Positions 11,540-24,854 of a stretch of 64,000 bases of DNA are shown in pieces. The notes below the pieces were generated by a model that worked only from the letters and a program-made list of their open reading frames with translations, made no database searches and was not told the DNA's origin. Location of the stretch: assembly GCA_951804945.1 (NCBI GenBank), contig OX638149.1:23002001-23066000 (forward strand), written 5' to 3'. The first letter of the stretch is position 1. Every line of letters starts with the position of its first letter. Both the position numbers and the translations under genes were made by a program. This DNA is from Podarcis cretensis (lineage: Eukaryota).

Positions 11540-13541
11540 GATGGCTGTACTTTTGGAGTGTTGTTATGTTTTGTTTTATAGAGAGATTCAGTTTTCTTTT
11601 GTCAATTGTGCATAAGGAACCAAAATTGGACTTCTGTCTGTCCCCCCGTCCCCCCAGCATCTATATCCCGCTCTTCAGCTGGAAAAGTTCCCACCATGGC
11701 TTTTTCATAGGTTACCCTCTATTTTTATTTATTTATCTGCCAAGTGTTTTTAGAGAATTGATCTGATTCAGTGTTGGTCATTTGTTCTGCATATTATTGA
11801 TTACCCAATAGGGATTCACCGGGTACCATTTGTTTTAACTTTTAAACCTTTGCTAAAAACCTTTCTATGCTGCCAGGTTTATGCAGACAATTAAGAGAGC
11901 ATCTTCTGTAAAAAAAAAAATTGGCTGATGATTTTTTGATATTTTGTATGTGGCTTTTATTGTATGTTTGCATGGCTATAAACATGTTGGATTTTTTTTT
12001 AAAAAATGATGTTTCGGTATACAAGTCTTCTTTATAAATAAACATTATAAGTTTAAGATTTTAAAGTTCTATGATTTCACTACATACCACCTTGACGTTG
12101 CATTTTATATATAATCTTATAAATAAATAAAAATAATTAGTAATTAAACATTGGTTGGAATCTTGTATATGATATAAACTGGATTAGAAATTATTGCACA
12201 TTGTGTGCCGAACACTAGGGACACGATGCCAAGCATTAGAAATTAGACTAATTACAATCTCCAGCATTAATCAGCGTTTTTATAGCTATGAAGTATATTG
12301 CATATCCTCCCAGGAATTCTCATTAACTTTCCTTTTCTATCCTGAACTTGCAGAGACTAGATAGTTGGGGTTTTTTCCTCTGTCAGGTGCTTGCCACGTG
12401 CCAGTTAAGAGTTTATTTTTGATTCCAAAGTAAAAATTAAGCCCATTTAAGAACAGTTTAAGAATAGCGGCTCTTGTTCCCTAGGATGCTTTTTAATACT
12501 CGAGTATGAGCTGTAGATTGGATTAATGTATTTGCCTTAACCAGGTTTTAAGAACTGTGAGGTTTCTTGTGCTAGCTGTTAATTTGATTTTTGCAAGTTT
12601 TATATTAAAAGGTAGGGATGAAATGGTGCTACTAAATGTTTTGGTATGCTAATGCGCTAAGATTTGTTGATAATGCCGGCATCATAATACTAAGAGTTTA
12701 ATGCTTGGTGTTAGTGCCTCCTGAGCTCAAGTTATCCAGAAGGGAGAGCCAGTAGTTAGAGAATTGGAAATGGATTTTGGAGAGTTGGGTTCCAGGACGA
12801 GTGGTTAACATGGAATTGTCATGCTCTGCTCACGTTTTACAGGGCAACCATGTGACAACACCATCACCCTGTCATTATTCTCATCTCATCTGCAGAAAGT
12901 TATGACTTTTTTTCAGAAGAATGGAAGAGCATTACAAATGTATCTCATTTTATCATACACCGCCCGCCATGTGAGGGCTCTGCAGCCTATAAATATTTTT
13001 TTTTTGGGGGGGGTGGTATCCAATGAAGTGGTTCCGCTATTGCAACGCCTTTTGGCTGTGCGAGCGAAACTTTCCCTTCCTCTCTTCTCCCCGCAGCCCC
13101 CATCTATCCTAGGTCCTCCCCCCAAACTCTTGGTAACAGATTTAGGGAGGGCCTGAGGGGAGGGAGAATAAGTTCTGTTATGCAAGCAGAAACTCCTGCG
13201 CTAGCAGAAGCACTTTGTTAAACACTGCCCTTTTCAAAATAATGTTATTTTTAAAAAAATAATATCCTTTCTAATCGCCAGCCCTTAAACATATTACTGA
13301 AATCTTTTATCTACTGTATACAGAACAGCTCTATACTTATGCAACAATTACATTCGCGACTGGTATGCTAGTGTTATATCAGTGTTTCCAGAAGCAAACA
13401 AGGAGAATATAAATAACAGAAACTTAAATATGCAAATCTCTCTGAAACTTCATTTTTTGAGTTTAGTGCAGCCTGCCCCTAAGTTTGCTTTAAGAGATCA
13501 GTGAAAACCGTCCTTTATTGGCTTCATGTAATCTGTTGATT

Positions 13542-13797
13542 CAGTCCCTGCTCCTGCCAACCTAGCAGTTCGAAAGCACGTCAAAGTGCAAGTAGATAAA
13601 TAGGTACTGCTCTGGCGGGAAGGTAAATGGCGTTTCGGTGCGCTGCTCTGGTTCGCCAGAAGTGGCTTAGTCATGCTGGCCACATGACCCGGAAGCTGTA
13701 TGCCGGCTCCCTCGGCCAATAAAGTGAGATGTGCGCTGCAACCCCAGAGTCGGCCACAACTGGACCTAATGGTCAGGGGTCCCTTTACCTTTACCTT
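13542..13797 (+). mobile_element. Sauria SINE, 5'-truncated
   Basis: Core CCTGCCAACCTAGCAGTTCGAAAGCA, (ACCTTT)n tail, TSD TAATCTGTTGATT / TAATCTGTCGATT. Confidence 0.92.
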
Positions 13798-13912
13798 TAA
13801 TCTGTCGATTGTATACAATTTTGAAATCGTTAGCTTTTTAGCTTTTCACCTCAGCCTTACCGGTGTGACTTCAGATGTGAGCTATGCTGAAATCAGTTTC
13901 TATCTCCTAGCC

Positions 13913-14050
13913 CAGTGATCTTCAACTCTGGGTGCACAGATGTTTTTGGACTACAACTCCCATCATTCCTTGACAGCTTGGCCAGTGGCCAGGGATGATG
14001 GGAGTTGTAGTCCAACAAAACGTCTGGAGACCCAAGGTTGAAGAATGCTG
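13913..14050. mobile_element. hAT-type palindromic MITE
   Basis: CAG...CTG ends, internal inverted repeat ACTACAACTCCCATCAT / ATGATGGGAGTTGTAGT, imperfect 8-bp TSD TCCTAGCC / CCTTAGCC. Confidence 0.75.
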
Positions 14051-14708
14051 CCTTAGCCTAATCTACTACACAGGGCTGTGTGGATAAAGTATCGTGCCAC
14101 CTTTAGTTCCTTGTGTATAATTTTTTAATTTTTTTTTTTTAAGGCACTGTGGTGGCTGTTCTTAACACCCTCGCCTCCCCAAAATGGTTGGGACTTCTGT
14201 ATTGTCTGCTAGGGAATTAATGTTGGGTGTGTATTGTTACCATGTGGTTAGTTAGGGATTAGTTAGGCTGAGTCTAAGGGGGGGACCCCAGAATACCTGT
14301 GGAAGCAATACTCTGTCCCAAACATTTCAAAGACGTAACTTTTGATTTATTTATTTTTTAAAAAAGAGGGGGTAAGGAAGAGCGCTGCAATATACTATAC
14401 TCGGCATGGATTAATTTCCCTCTGAATGGAGTTCTTTTGAATTGTGACAAAGCAAGATCTCTGCAGCAGAGATGATGACTCTTTGAAACCTATTACGTTA
14501 CAGTCTAATTTGGGAGCTGAGGTACAATAGGTTTAACACGGGGACGGCTCTTTCCTCACCTCTCTAAGGAAAGCTTTCAAATGGGCAGGCCGAAGCCTTT
14601 CAACATTTGCTTCACGCCCCTCCTGCAGTTTCCAACAGCTATGAGGCAGTGCATTGCCATCACGGTTTAGCAGCATGTTGATGGGAGGGAGGGCGGAACA
14701 CCAGCAGT

Positions 14709-15544
14709 TAGGGCTGGGTGGTATCAAGTTTTGAACATGGTGATATATCACCAGCTAAACATCATGATATACTGATACATCACGATGTCTGAAATAAGGA
14801 TGGAACTACAGTAGTACCTCGGGTACGCTTCAGGTTACATACACTTCAGGTTACATACGCTTCAGGTTACACACTCCACTAAGCCAGAAATAGTGCTTCA
14901 GGTTAAGAACTTTGTTTCAGGATAAGAACAGAAATTGGGCTCTGGCGGTGCGGCAGCAGCAGGAGGCCCCCATTAGCTAAAGTGGTGCTTCAGGTTAAGA
15001 ACAGTTTCAGGTTAAGAATGGACCTCCGGAACAAATTAAGTACTTAACCCGAGGTACCACTGTACTGTAGAGGCATTGACTGGCTTCACGGTTTTTCCAG
15101 CATTGTGATTTTTGCATAGCACCCCCCCCCCCCCAATAATTCACGATATATTGCCAGATCAAAAATTATGAAACCAATACCATAATATGGACTTCAAACC
15201 CACTTTAGACGACATATCACCCTGCCTTAACGCACACTATGACTCGTGATGATGATGATGGTGATGATAATAATAATAATAATACTTTATCTATACCCCG
15301 CCTATCTGGCTGGGTTTCCCCAGCTACTCTGGGCAGCTCCCAACAGAATATTAAAAATGTGATAAAACACCAGACATAAAAAACTTCCCTAAACAGGGCC
15401 GCCTTCAGATGTCTTCTAAAAGTCAGATAATTGTTTATTTCCTTGACATCTGATATATTGCCAGGACAAAAATTATGAAAACGATATCACAATAAGGATT
15501 TCAAACAGGTTTTGGATAGTATATTGATATATTGCCCAGCCCTA
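14709..15544. mobile_element. hAT-like non-autonomous element with duplicated right end, a nested Tc1/pogo MITE and an L2 tail
   Basis: TIRs TAGGGCTGGG / CCCAGCCCTA. The right-end block GATATATTGCCAG...AAAATTATGAAA occurs twice (about 15145 and 15452). L2 tail at 15270-15452. Flanks CCAGCAGT / CCAGTAAA. Confidence 0.6.
14809..15062 (+). mobile_element. Tc1/mariner-superfamily (pogo/Tigger-like) MITE, family 1
   Basis: TA flanks, TIR CAGT(A/G)GTACCTCGGG / CCCGAGGTACCACTG, internal CTTCAGGTTA repeats. Five copies in the window. Confidence 0.85.
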
Positions 15545-15678
15545 CCAGTAAAATGGCTGGAATTGCCACTGCCGCGGGAATAAGTGGAGCATGCGCTTTC
15601 TCATCAAGTGCTATAAGGGTGTTTGAATTCCAGGCGGAAAAACGATCTACAGTTGTGATGTGGTTGAATGAGGAGGGT

Positions 15679-15832
15679 GGGCCACAGCTCAGCGGTAGAG
15701 TATCTGCTTTGTAAGTAGAAGGTCCTAGGTTCAGCCCCCAAGTAGGGTTGAGAGAGGCCCCTTTGTGAAATCCTGGAGGGCCGTTGCCAGTCAGTGTAGA
15801 ATAGACAATACTGGTATAAGCCAGCTTCCCAT
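15679..15832 (+). mobile_element. tRNA-Ala-like SINE with an older CR1-like tail
   Basis: Head GGGCCACAGCTCAGCGGTAGAG...GGTTCA with A/B boxes, tail GCCAGTCAGTGTAGA...ACAATACTG. Related decayed copies at about 16191-16360 (-) and 16590-16740 (+). Confidence 0.6.
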
Positions 15833-16367
15833 GGCTGGTATCTGAACTGAATGTGAAGCCAGTCCACTGCAGGGCACAGACCATTTCTCTTCTTCCCCTG
15901 CTCTCTTGCCTAGGTTAGCCAGATAACTGCAGGTGGATGTGGGTGAAAGTTACAGACTGATGTCATGCTTGTGCCGAGAGTGCAAGGGAAAAAAACCTTG
16001 AGTCTCTGTTCCTCCTTCCTCTTGAAACCAGCCATTGTGTGCTTAGTCGGAACGGAACGTTTTCTCTGTAGTCATTAGGAGAGCATAGGGTCAGCTGGCC
16101 GGATTTGAGACACAGGCCCTCAGTTGCTGACGGCTCCATTAGCATAAACATCTGCCATAGCTTGGTGATAGGGCACATGCTTTGCACATGAAACCTAGGA
16201 ACCGGTCTTATACCAAATCAGACCATTGATCCCTCTAACTCGGTATTGTCAACACCAACGTGCACAATTTCTTCAAGGTCTTCCCTAGTTCTGCCTGAAG
16301 ATATCAGGGATTGAACCCAGATCCATTTGCATGCAAAGCTATACACTCTGCTGCTGAGCGATAAGTA

Positions 16368-16568
16368 CAGTGGTACCTCAGGTTACATACACTTCAGGTT
16401 ACCCAGAAATAGTACCTCGGGTTAAGAACTTTGCTTCAGGATGAGAACAGAAATCGTGCAGCGGCGGCGTGGCAGCAGTGGGAGGGAAGGCCCCATTAGC
16501 TAAAGTGGTTATTCAGGTTAAGAACGGACCTCCGGAACGAATTAAGTACGTAACCAGAGGTACCACTG
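16368..16568 (+). mobile_element. pogo/Tigger-like MITE, family 1
   Basis: TA-CAGTGGTACCTC...GAGGTACCACTG-TA. Confidence 0.85.
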
Positions 16569-17269
16569 TATATGCAGCCGTTTTCTTCAAGTGGAAGATT
16601 CTAGGTTCAGTTCCCTGGCGTCTCAAATAGGACTGAGACAGACCCCCCTCCTCTGACATCTTGATGCTGTACTAAGGAAACTGTGCTAAGCTAGGTGGAC
16701 CAGTGGTCTGAGCCTGAAAAAGTAAGCTTCCAAGGTTCCTTTCTATATTGTTAAATATTGTTGTTGCTTCATATAAGACCACATTGTATAAATGAACTGG
16801 CTTAACTTGGCCACATAACAGGTTTGTCCATAAAGTCAAAGAAATAGGTTGGAATATTTTAGATTTGCCCTTTTCTCCCCATAAAAGTCCGCAAATAGCT
16901 TTTATATGCCATGAGTATATAATGTTCCTCAGCCCTTTTGTTTCTCTTTTGGAGGAAGGAGCATATTGCGTTACACCCTGCAACAACCAGGCAGTGAGCT
17001 GTTGGCGTTATGCAATGCCAAGAACTAAGTGTGTGCTGTTGAATATGAAATTCTAAAAATTCTGTGACAAAGGATAGGTGAGAGAGCTAACAGTCTCTGC
17101 TTTATGCTGGCTTCTTGCATCCAGTGGGAATATACACCATGGCTAGTAAACTTGCATTGCAGAGTATTTTTTCCAAATGCTGAATTTAATTGCTTTCTCG
17201 TAGTGTGTCATGGCCTGTGCCTTTGTGGAGAATCCCAGTTACCCTATGGAGCTGCCCATTTACATATTT

Positions 17270-17450
17270 ACTTATTGCATTTTTACCCCACCTTTTCTTC
17301 AAGGAGCCCCAGGGGAAGTATGTGGTTCTCCTCCTTTTTTAATTCCCACAACAACCCTTTGAGGTAGGTTAGGATGAGAGGCAGTGACTGGCTTAAGGTC
17401 ACCCACTGAGCATCATGTCTAAGTGGGGATTTGAATCCTGGTGTCTTGGG
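17270..17450 (-). mobile_element. MIR/CORE-like SINE
   Basis: CACAACAACCCT..GAGGTAGG..GAGAGGCAGTGACTGG..AAGGTCACCCA..GGATTTGAATCC. Reverse complement of copies at 31008 and 37500. Confidence 0.65.
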
Positions 17451-19935
17451 TTCTTGTCTGATACAGGAATCTACAAAAGCTATCCCATCTTCATCTACTT
17501 TTGACCTGTTGTCCCACCTCACTGAAATCCAAATCTTAACACCCATGTGGTTGGTGTAAGGTTGGCGTGTTTGTTGTTGAAATCCAGGCCGTCTGCCAGT
17601 TTAGCCTCATCTGCAGGAAATGACTCACATTCCTCCTAAAATTCAGGTTTGTCTAGTATGTAGGGGAAAGTGGTTCCATAGCTTTGGGGAAAAGGTAAGA
17701 GAAGTATAGCATTCTGTACACATTCTGTACATGGTGCATTTTGCATGTAGCGTTACCTCAGACTATGGCTTGGCCCAAGTGAATAAGTGTTGGTGTATAC
17801 AAAGCGAAAATTGCAGCTGTTTCATTCTCCTCTTGGTCCTGCTGTTTCCATTCTCCTTGGAGCTAAGTGTTGCATGTGAGCCTGGACTTATAGTTTGTTT
17901 CACTTGAAACAAACCATTAACAATAAGTCAAGAACAAACCTTGGCTATACTCATGGCAAGTTTGGAGCAAGGCGTATCATGAGTCTTGGTTTGCAGATAA
18001 TGGTAAGCCAAACCATGGCTTACTGTGCTATAGCAGGACTGGGGGAGGAGTATAGCAGCTGTGATTTTTGTTCTGTGTACCCACTGGTTTACTCATTCAC
18101 ACTAAGCCGCAGTTTGACGTAGTGGTATGTGCAAGCCAGGACAATGTTTATGTGTTTGTAAGTTCCCTCCTTCTGTTTCCTGCATGGATTCCTCAATTCC
18201 TCACCACTGTTACATCAGTATTGCCCCTGCATCAAAGTTAATGTCAACCATGGTTAGCTTTAACCAGAGTTTGAAATCCTGGGGTGAATCTGGCTTGCAG
18301 ATCGGGTTTTCTTCTTCTTTAGGTAACAGTTGTTAGGTTTTACTTGGCATGAATGCCATGCTACACCATGGTTAGCAGATGTCTATAAGAAATAGGAAGG
18401 GTGGTTTTATTTTATTTTTGCAGATCCTATCTCTAATGCATGGTTAAGGGATTGCATGCAATATAGTAAGTCTCCATGAGGCTTTTGTTTCTTTGGAATC
18501 TGGCATTGTAGAAAAAGTCCCATGGAGATCAGAAGCAACCACCCTCTGGGACCTGTCCGTTAAGAATGAGCAAAATCACCTGAGTGATACTGCAATCATT
18601 TAGCTGTTCCTGCAGCCGTAACACAGACATTTAGATCATTACTCAAACTGAAGGTTTGCAGTACCTGAACACTTAAGGTTTGAAATGCAGTGTTTTGTAC
18701 TTCATTCATATAGTGTGCAAAAAATAATAAATGGCAACTGGTCCTTCCGTATTAGGATAAAGTAACTGCAGGAATCCTCTTAAAATATCTGAGTAGCTGC
18801 TACTTACTAGTTTAAAGATGCTAATCTTTTCCATGTATGTGGGTAAAAAAATTTCATTGCACAACCGGATAAGGCAGTGCAACTTTGGTTTCCTTAGAGT
18901 TCAGTATAGTTCATCAGGGTTAATGAAGTTCTTGTACTTGAATAGCATGTAATATAGGACTATATTTTATCTAATCTTGACATTATCACCATGCTGGGAA
19001 TTAAGGACATGATAAGAGCCCTGATGAACCAGACTGGAGGCCAGCAGTCTCTTCTCACAGTGGCCAACCAGGGGAAGCTATGGGAAGCTTGCAAGCAAGA
19101 TGGAACAATTCAGATTTGGTGGTGATTCCGTCAGTGAAAAAGGAACCCTCCAGACTAGGAACATAGGAAGAGCTCTGTTGGATCTTGTCCAGTATCCTGG
19201 TATTTTCATTGGGCAACCAGATGTCTCTAGGAAGCCTACAACCAGGACCTGAGTAAATCAGTCACATGGGGCTGTATCTAGTGGATCACCTGAAATGAAA
19301 AGACATGACTGGTTTAGGCCGTTCAATTTCAGTGGGTCTACTTTGAGTATAACTTAGTTGGCATTTAGTTTTCTGGACTTTTTCTTAATGTAGGCAATGT
19401 AAGGGTGGGTTTGGAGTGGACAGGAACTGCCTTGTGTACCACAAGCTAATTCTGACTGCCTAGAAACTCCAAAATTGCCATGGTAGTAAAGAGAAGGAGC
19501 AACTCTGGAAGTTCCTGTTGGGTTTTTGTTTTCAGTCAAAGGCTCATGGCTCCCCTGGTCAGGTGAGAGCTCTGAACCTTTTGGTGAAAATGAAGGGAGG
19601 GAGCACACTGGCTGCTGTACAAGTTACTCATTTCCCCCCCACTGCCAATCCATTAGCCACTTCTGCCCCTAGTGGTGAGGAGGAATAGTAGCAGCCATTG
19701 CAGCTGCATCTCCCCCCTCTGCTTTTGGTTTATTGTTCTCCTAAAAGGGCTTGCATCTTCCACCTGTGGATTTCAAAGGGGTTGAGTGTGCCTAATATTG
19801 CTTAGGATCAGACTTTAAACATGTTGAAGCTTATCAAACAAGTTCCATTGGCAAGAATTGTGTTTTAGAAAAGCTTTTGTTGAGTGAGTGATTCTTTCTC
19901 AAACCATATATGTCTATCAACCTGCTGTAATTTTA

Positions 19936-19951
19936 ATATATATATATATTA

Positions 19952-20013
<62 letters not shown>
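19936..20013. repeat. (TA)n microsatellite, interrupted
   Basis: Read directly from the sequence. Confidence 0.98.
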
Positions 20014-20016
<3 letters not shown>

Positions 20017-20943
20017 TTTGTTACAGTTTATTGGGTTGGCTTTATGCATAGGCCTGGTTTGCATGTAACACTAACCCATGGTTCATAATTATGGTTTACT
20101 GATTAATCATCTGAATCTGGCCCAGTGGAATAACTGTGGTTTATTAACCGTGAACAAACAACGCTGTAAGTCATGGTTTGTTGTTGCTTTATAAACTGTA
20201 GATACTTAACACTTTTTTCTGCAGTTTTAGAAATTAGCCAGGCACACTTCCCACAGTGTTGTAAACTGAGATTTGTTCTTTAAAATACAAAGTAGTATAG
20301 AAATGAAATAACAATAATGTAAATAATAATAATAATAATAATAATAATAGTGAAAAATAAATTCCACTGGGGAAAGAAACAGTCCCTAGACATTCCACTG
20401 TGGAAACCGTATCCTAGGTTTAAGGTGCCATTTGGCAAGTAGATTATATACCTGAGTTTTTAACACTGGTTTTTTGCCACCCTGAGGGTCACTTCATTGA
20501 GTCGTTAAGCTAGAATCTTAATTTAATAAAAAATGTTGGAACATATAAATTTCAAATCTCTGTACAAACACTCTGCCCTGTCTTCAAATGGGGATAGTTG
20601 TGGCTCTTAATAAATGGAGCAAACTTGTATCAAAACCCAAATCGATAGTTGTATGTATGTATGTATGTATGTATGTATGTATTTAATTATATTAAATAAA
20701 TAATAAACAATATAGTTGTATGCATTTAATAAATCGGTGTTAAGTAATACTTTTGCTATTAGGGAAACAGGTGCAGTTTTAATTTCTCTGTACCAGGAGT
20801 GGTCAACGTGGGACCCCCCCAGAAGTTGTTGGACTCCAAATCCCATCAGCCCCAGCCAGCAAGGCCTAAGGTCAAGTGTGATGAGAGTTGTATGTCCCAC
20901 AGAGAAACTTACGGTCTTCAAATAAAAACATCTTGAAGGTCCC

Positions 20944-21321
20944 AGGCCTTATACAGAGAGGTTAGGCAGGCCTCAACTAGAGCCAGGGCTTTTTCGGCTT
21001 TGGCTCCGATCTGGTGGAACACTCTGTCACAAGAGACTAGGGCCCTGCGGGACTTGACATCTTTCCGCAGGGCCTGCAAGACAGAGCTGTTCCACCAGGC
21101 CTTTGGCCAGGGCACAGCCTGACTCCCTCCTTCGGCAATCTTCGTGGAGCTCTGGCCCAATGGTTGCCATTGGTTTGATTTGAATTTATTTTATAATGAA
21201 TGATTTTAGAGTGTTGTGTTGTGTTGTACTGTTGTACTGTTTTATTGTTGTTAGCCGCCCTGAGCCCGGCTTCGGCTGGGGAGGGCGGGATATAAATAAA
21301 ATTTATTATTATTATTATTAT
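20944..21321 (+). mobile_element. L2-type LINE 3' end, second subfamily
   Basis: L2 ORF2 C-terminal-like coding remnant (RAFSALAPIWWNTL...FRRACKTELF), then GGGCGGGATATAAATAAA and a (TTA)n tail. Confidence 0.75.
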
Positions 21322-21935
21322 TGTCGCCCAGCACTATCTAGAGGGTACAACATTGGCAACATCTGCTCTTTTGAGCATTAACACAATCTTTTGAGCATTA
21401 ACACAACAAGGAGTTGTGGGATAGAAGGCTCTAGTGGAATTGCACCAATTATTTTCATTGCTTTTTTACTTACTCTGAAGCGCTTGTTTCCTTATTAGCC
21501 TGTCCCCTTGTATGTACACATTTGCACAATGGACATTGTTTAATGGGAGAAAGTTGGCACAGGAACCTTTTCCTGTAATATATTTTTCTTTTCTGCCTTG
21601 AAGTTGAAAAGTAACAGCCAACATAACTCCACATTTGCTTGGCCAACTTCCACCATGATGTCTGTTGCTGACATGATAATTAAATATATTCTTCATTTTC
21701 ATCACCCCTGGTTGGTATATTTGGCAGGATTCTGTTTCACTTGGTTCCAAGTTGAAATCCTTTCTGTGTGCACCTCTGGCATCTACAGGAAAGTGGTAAA
21801 GTAACATTTAAACAGGAAAATGTGCAGGGCAAGGAGGCAGGAATGTAAAGTTCAGATCTAGGCTGTTGGTTTATTTACATCTCTTTTCCAAGGATGCTCC
21901 TTAACTTTCATGTCCGCCGTCTCAAATGTGAAATA

Positions 21936-22968
21936 GGTGATGCAGCAGCAACAAGAACTACTGCTATTTTAGGCTGCATCAATGGAAGTATAGTGTCCAG
22001 GTCAAGGGGGGTAATCATACTACTCTATTCTGCCTTGGTCAGACCATACCTGGAATTGCCCGACTCTTCGTGACCCCATGGACCAGAGCACCCCAGGCAC
22101 TTCTGTCTTCCGCTGCCTCCCGCAGTTTGGTCAAACTCATGCTGGTAGCTTCGCGAACACTATCCAACCATCTCTTCCTCTGTCGTCCCCTTCTCCTTGT
22201 GCCCTCAATCTTTCCCAACATCAGGGTCTTTTCCAGGGAGTTTTCTCTTCTCATGAGGTGGCCAAAGTATTGGAGCCTCAGCTTCACAATCTGTCCTTCC
22301 AGTGAGCACTCAGGGCTGATTTCCTTAAGAATGGAGAGGTTTGATCTTCTTGCAGTCCATGGGACTCTCAAGAGTCTCCTCCAGCACCAACACCTGGAAT
22401 ACTATGTCCAATTCTGGGTACCACAATTTAAGAAGGATATTGACAAACTGGAACGTGTGCAGAGGAGGGCGACCAAGATGATCAAGGGTCTGGAAACCAA
22501 GCCTTATGAGGAGCTGGTTTCAATGCTGGTGACACCACAACTTGTCCACTACACTAAGCTAGCTTAAGAGGCAACGGGCAGACTATGCCGTTTGAGGCAG
22601 ACACCACACACTACATCATAGTAAGGCTGTTAGAATACTGAAATACTGTGTCCAGTTCTGAGCACCGCAGTTTAAGAAGGATATTGACAAGCTGGAACAT
22701 GTGCAGAGGAGGGCAACCAAGATGATCAAGGGTCTGGAAACCAAGCCTTATGAGGAGCACTTGAAGGAGCTGGGTATGTTCAGCCTGGAAAAGAGGAGAC
22801 TGAGAGGAGAGATGATAGCCATCTTCAAATATCTGAAGGGCTGTCACATGGGAGATGGAGCAAGCTTGTTTTCTCCTGCTCTGGAGGCTAGGACTCGAAC
22901 CAGTGGCTTCAAGTTACAAGAAAGGAGATTTCGACTAAACATCAGGAAGAACTTTCTGACAGTAATAG
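21936..22968 (+). mobile_element. CR1 LINE ORF2 3' fragments, two overlapping pieces, the first interrupted by Bov-B
   Basis: Translations [35 protein letters not shown] and [27 protein letters not shown] are typical CR1 ORF2 C-terminal motifs. Confidence 0.9.
22057..22390 (-). mobile_element. Bov-B (RTE) LINE 3' fragment inserted in CR1
   Basis: ORF 22039-22371 (-) encodes RVPWTARRSNLSILKEISPECSLEGQIVKLRLQYFGHLMRR...GKIEGTRRRGRQRKRWLD, the Bov-B ORF C-terminus. Flanking repeat ACCTGGAAT at 22048-22056 and 22392-22400. Confidence 0.93.
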
Positions 22969-24256
22969 CCCAACAGCAAATAGTCAAAGGTCAGTTTGCT
23001 GCAGCCATGCAAGCAGAGACCTGTTGGGAGCTATCCAGATATTTGTCTGATCTTCCCTTCTAACTTTTGATCAAAACCGAAGCCTGGTTTTCTTCCCAGA
23101 GCCAATAGACAGTTTCCTCCATAAGTATATAAATCTTTAAAACAAAATGCTTAAAACTCTCTTTTCTTTTTTCTCTCCTCCATACTCACTCCCTGCCTGT
23201 TGCAATTACCGGTAAATGAAAAGTACGTTAAATAAAGCATATGTTGGAGAATGTATTTATGGAGGTTCTCTTTAGTTAATCGAAGTTGCATTCTAGTTTT
23301 TGTTTGGTGCATTGAATATTGGGTAAAAGCACTTCAAATGTTTGATTTGCAAAAACAAACAAACAGCTTTTGCACTCACTGCATTCTGTGATTTAATGCA
23401 AACACTCGCTTTCAGTTTAGAGGCCCCTAATCTGTTCCTAAGAATGCAACTAGTGCGTTTATAGAACCCATAAGAAGAATTAAATTGCAGTCATGGGTGG
23501 AGGGATGCTTTGTGTCCCCCCCGTCCCCCTCCCAACGAAACCAAAGAATGGTATTAATGCGTTGCACTGGGAGATATTTTCAGCTAACTGCATGTTATTC
23601 ATTCCTGAAGAATCTGAAGCAATGTCTGTGTGGGGGTGTCTCTAGAGTCAGGGTGACAGCAGTATCCTGCAGGAGATAATTATTTGAGTATTTATGATGC
23701 AACAGGGATGATGGTGCTCTTGGGTTAGCCCGAGCTGCATCTTTCCCATTGCTCCCCTCCCACCCTTTGAACTGAGCAAACTTATTGAGTTCAGTTGATT
23801 AAATCTGGTAACTGTGGTATAAACTTTTTTAAAAAAATAAATCAAATTTATTGCTGCTAACCTACGTTTGAAAAGTTCCAGAAAGGCATCTGGAAAATTT
23901 TAAAAATTTGCAGTTTAGGTGTTTCATTTTAAGTTCCCCCATTTTCCTCACTAGGCAGTTAAAAAAAATATGCTTGCCCTATGATGAATTTATAAATAGA
24001 TGATCAAACTGACCTAAATAATGCAAATTACTTGGGAGTGTCACCCATTTCATTTGAACAGAAGAGATAGTAATTTAAATGCACAAAAATTGAACCTGTT
24101 TTTTATACTGCTGCTGTTACTGTGTTGTCTCCTGTCCATCTCCCTGGCAGACAAAGGTTCAGTGTCTTGGAGAAGCTAAAAGATTTCTTCCTGACCCATC
24201 GCCCAGAGAATTGTGATTGATGTTTGAAGTAACTCTTCCCATGATGGAAACCTTTT

Positions 24257-24292
<36 letters not shown>

Positions 24293-24854
24293 GGAGTTAT
24301 TCAAGTTACTAGATCGGGTAGAAAGAATACAGATCTTGATTAAGGAAGCTATCATAAAATGTATTCTAGCCCTCTGCAAAATATCTGGTAGCCCATACAT
24401 ACTGGATGTGTGTTAGTCACATTAGTGCTGAAGATGGAACAACAGAGCCAAGGCTGATGGTGCATTTACCGGCAGGTAGAGGAAGCAGTGGTGGCATTTG
24501 GCTTAAGTACTAGGGCACAGAGTCCCCCCCTACCCCTAGCCTTTCCATGCCATCTTCCCCTCTTTCGAGTTCAGAGCGGCATTTTATTCCCACCAGAACC
24601 CTGTGAGTTTCACCCAGTTTGCGTCCCAGCTGATGAGGGCTTATGGGCATCCAAGTCCAAAATGAGGACATTGGCCTCATTCACACATGACAGTAAACCA
24701 TAGTTAATGGTATACCGTGATTACGTCCTTTTGGCCTGTTTCACTTCTTCCCACCAGCACATGGAGGATGCAAACAACAATTCCTGGCTTAGATATGTAT
24801 CCCTTAAGCCTAAGTCACTGCTTGAAGCCTTATGTTCCAGCTCGATCACTGATA

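Noticed and set aside
14809-15062. Short direct repeats (CTTCAGGTTA; also CGTCTTGCGA at about 24900-25180) resembling a CRISPR-like array
   Set aside because: They are irregularly spaced subterminal repeats inside TA-flanked MITEs in a vertebrate genome, with no unique spacers or cas genes.
9813-20200. Recurrent AACCATGGTT-like palindromic motifs
   Set aside because: Probably remnants of an old palindromic MITE family. Boundaries are too decayed to define.
21367-21408. Short local duplications (also about 30467-30515 and 50935-50972)
   Set aside because: These are 19-24 bp slippage-type tandem duplications with no sign of function.
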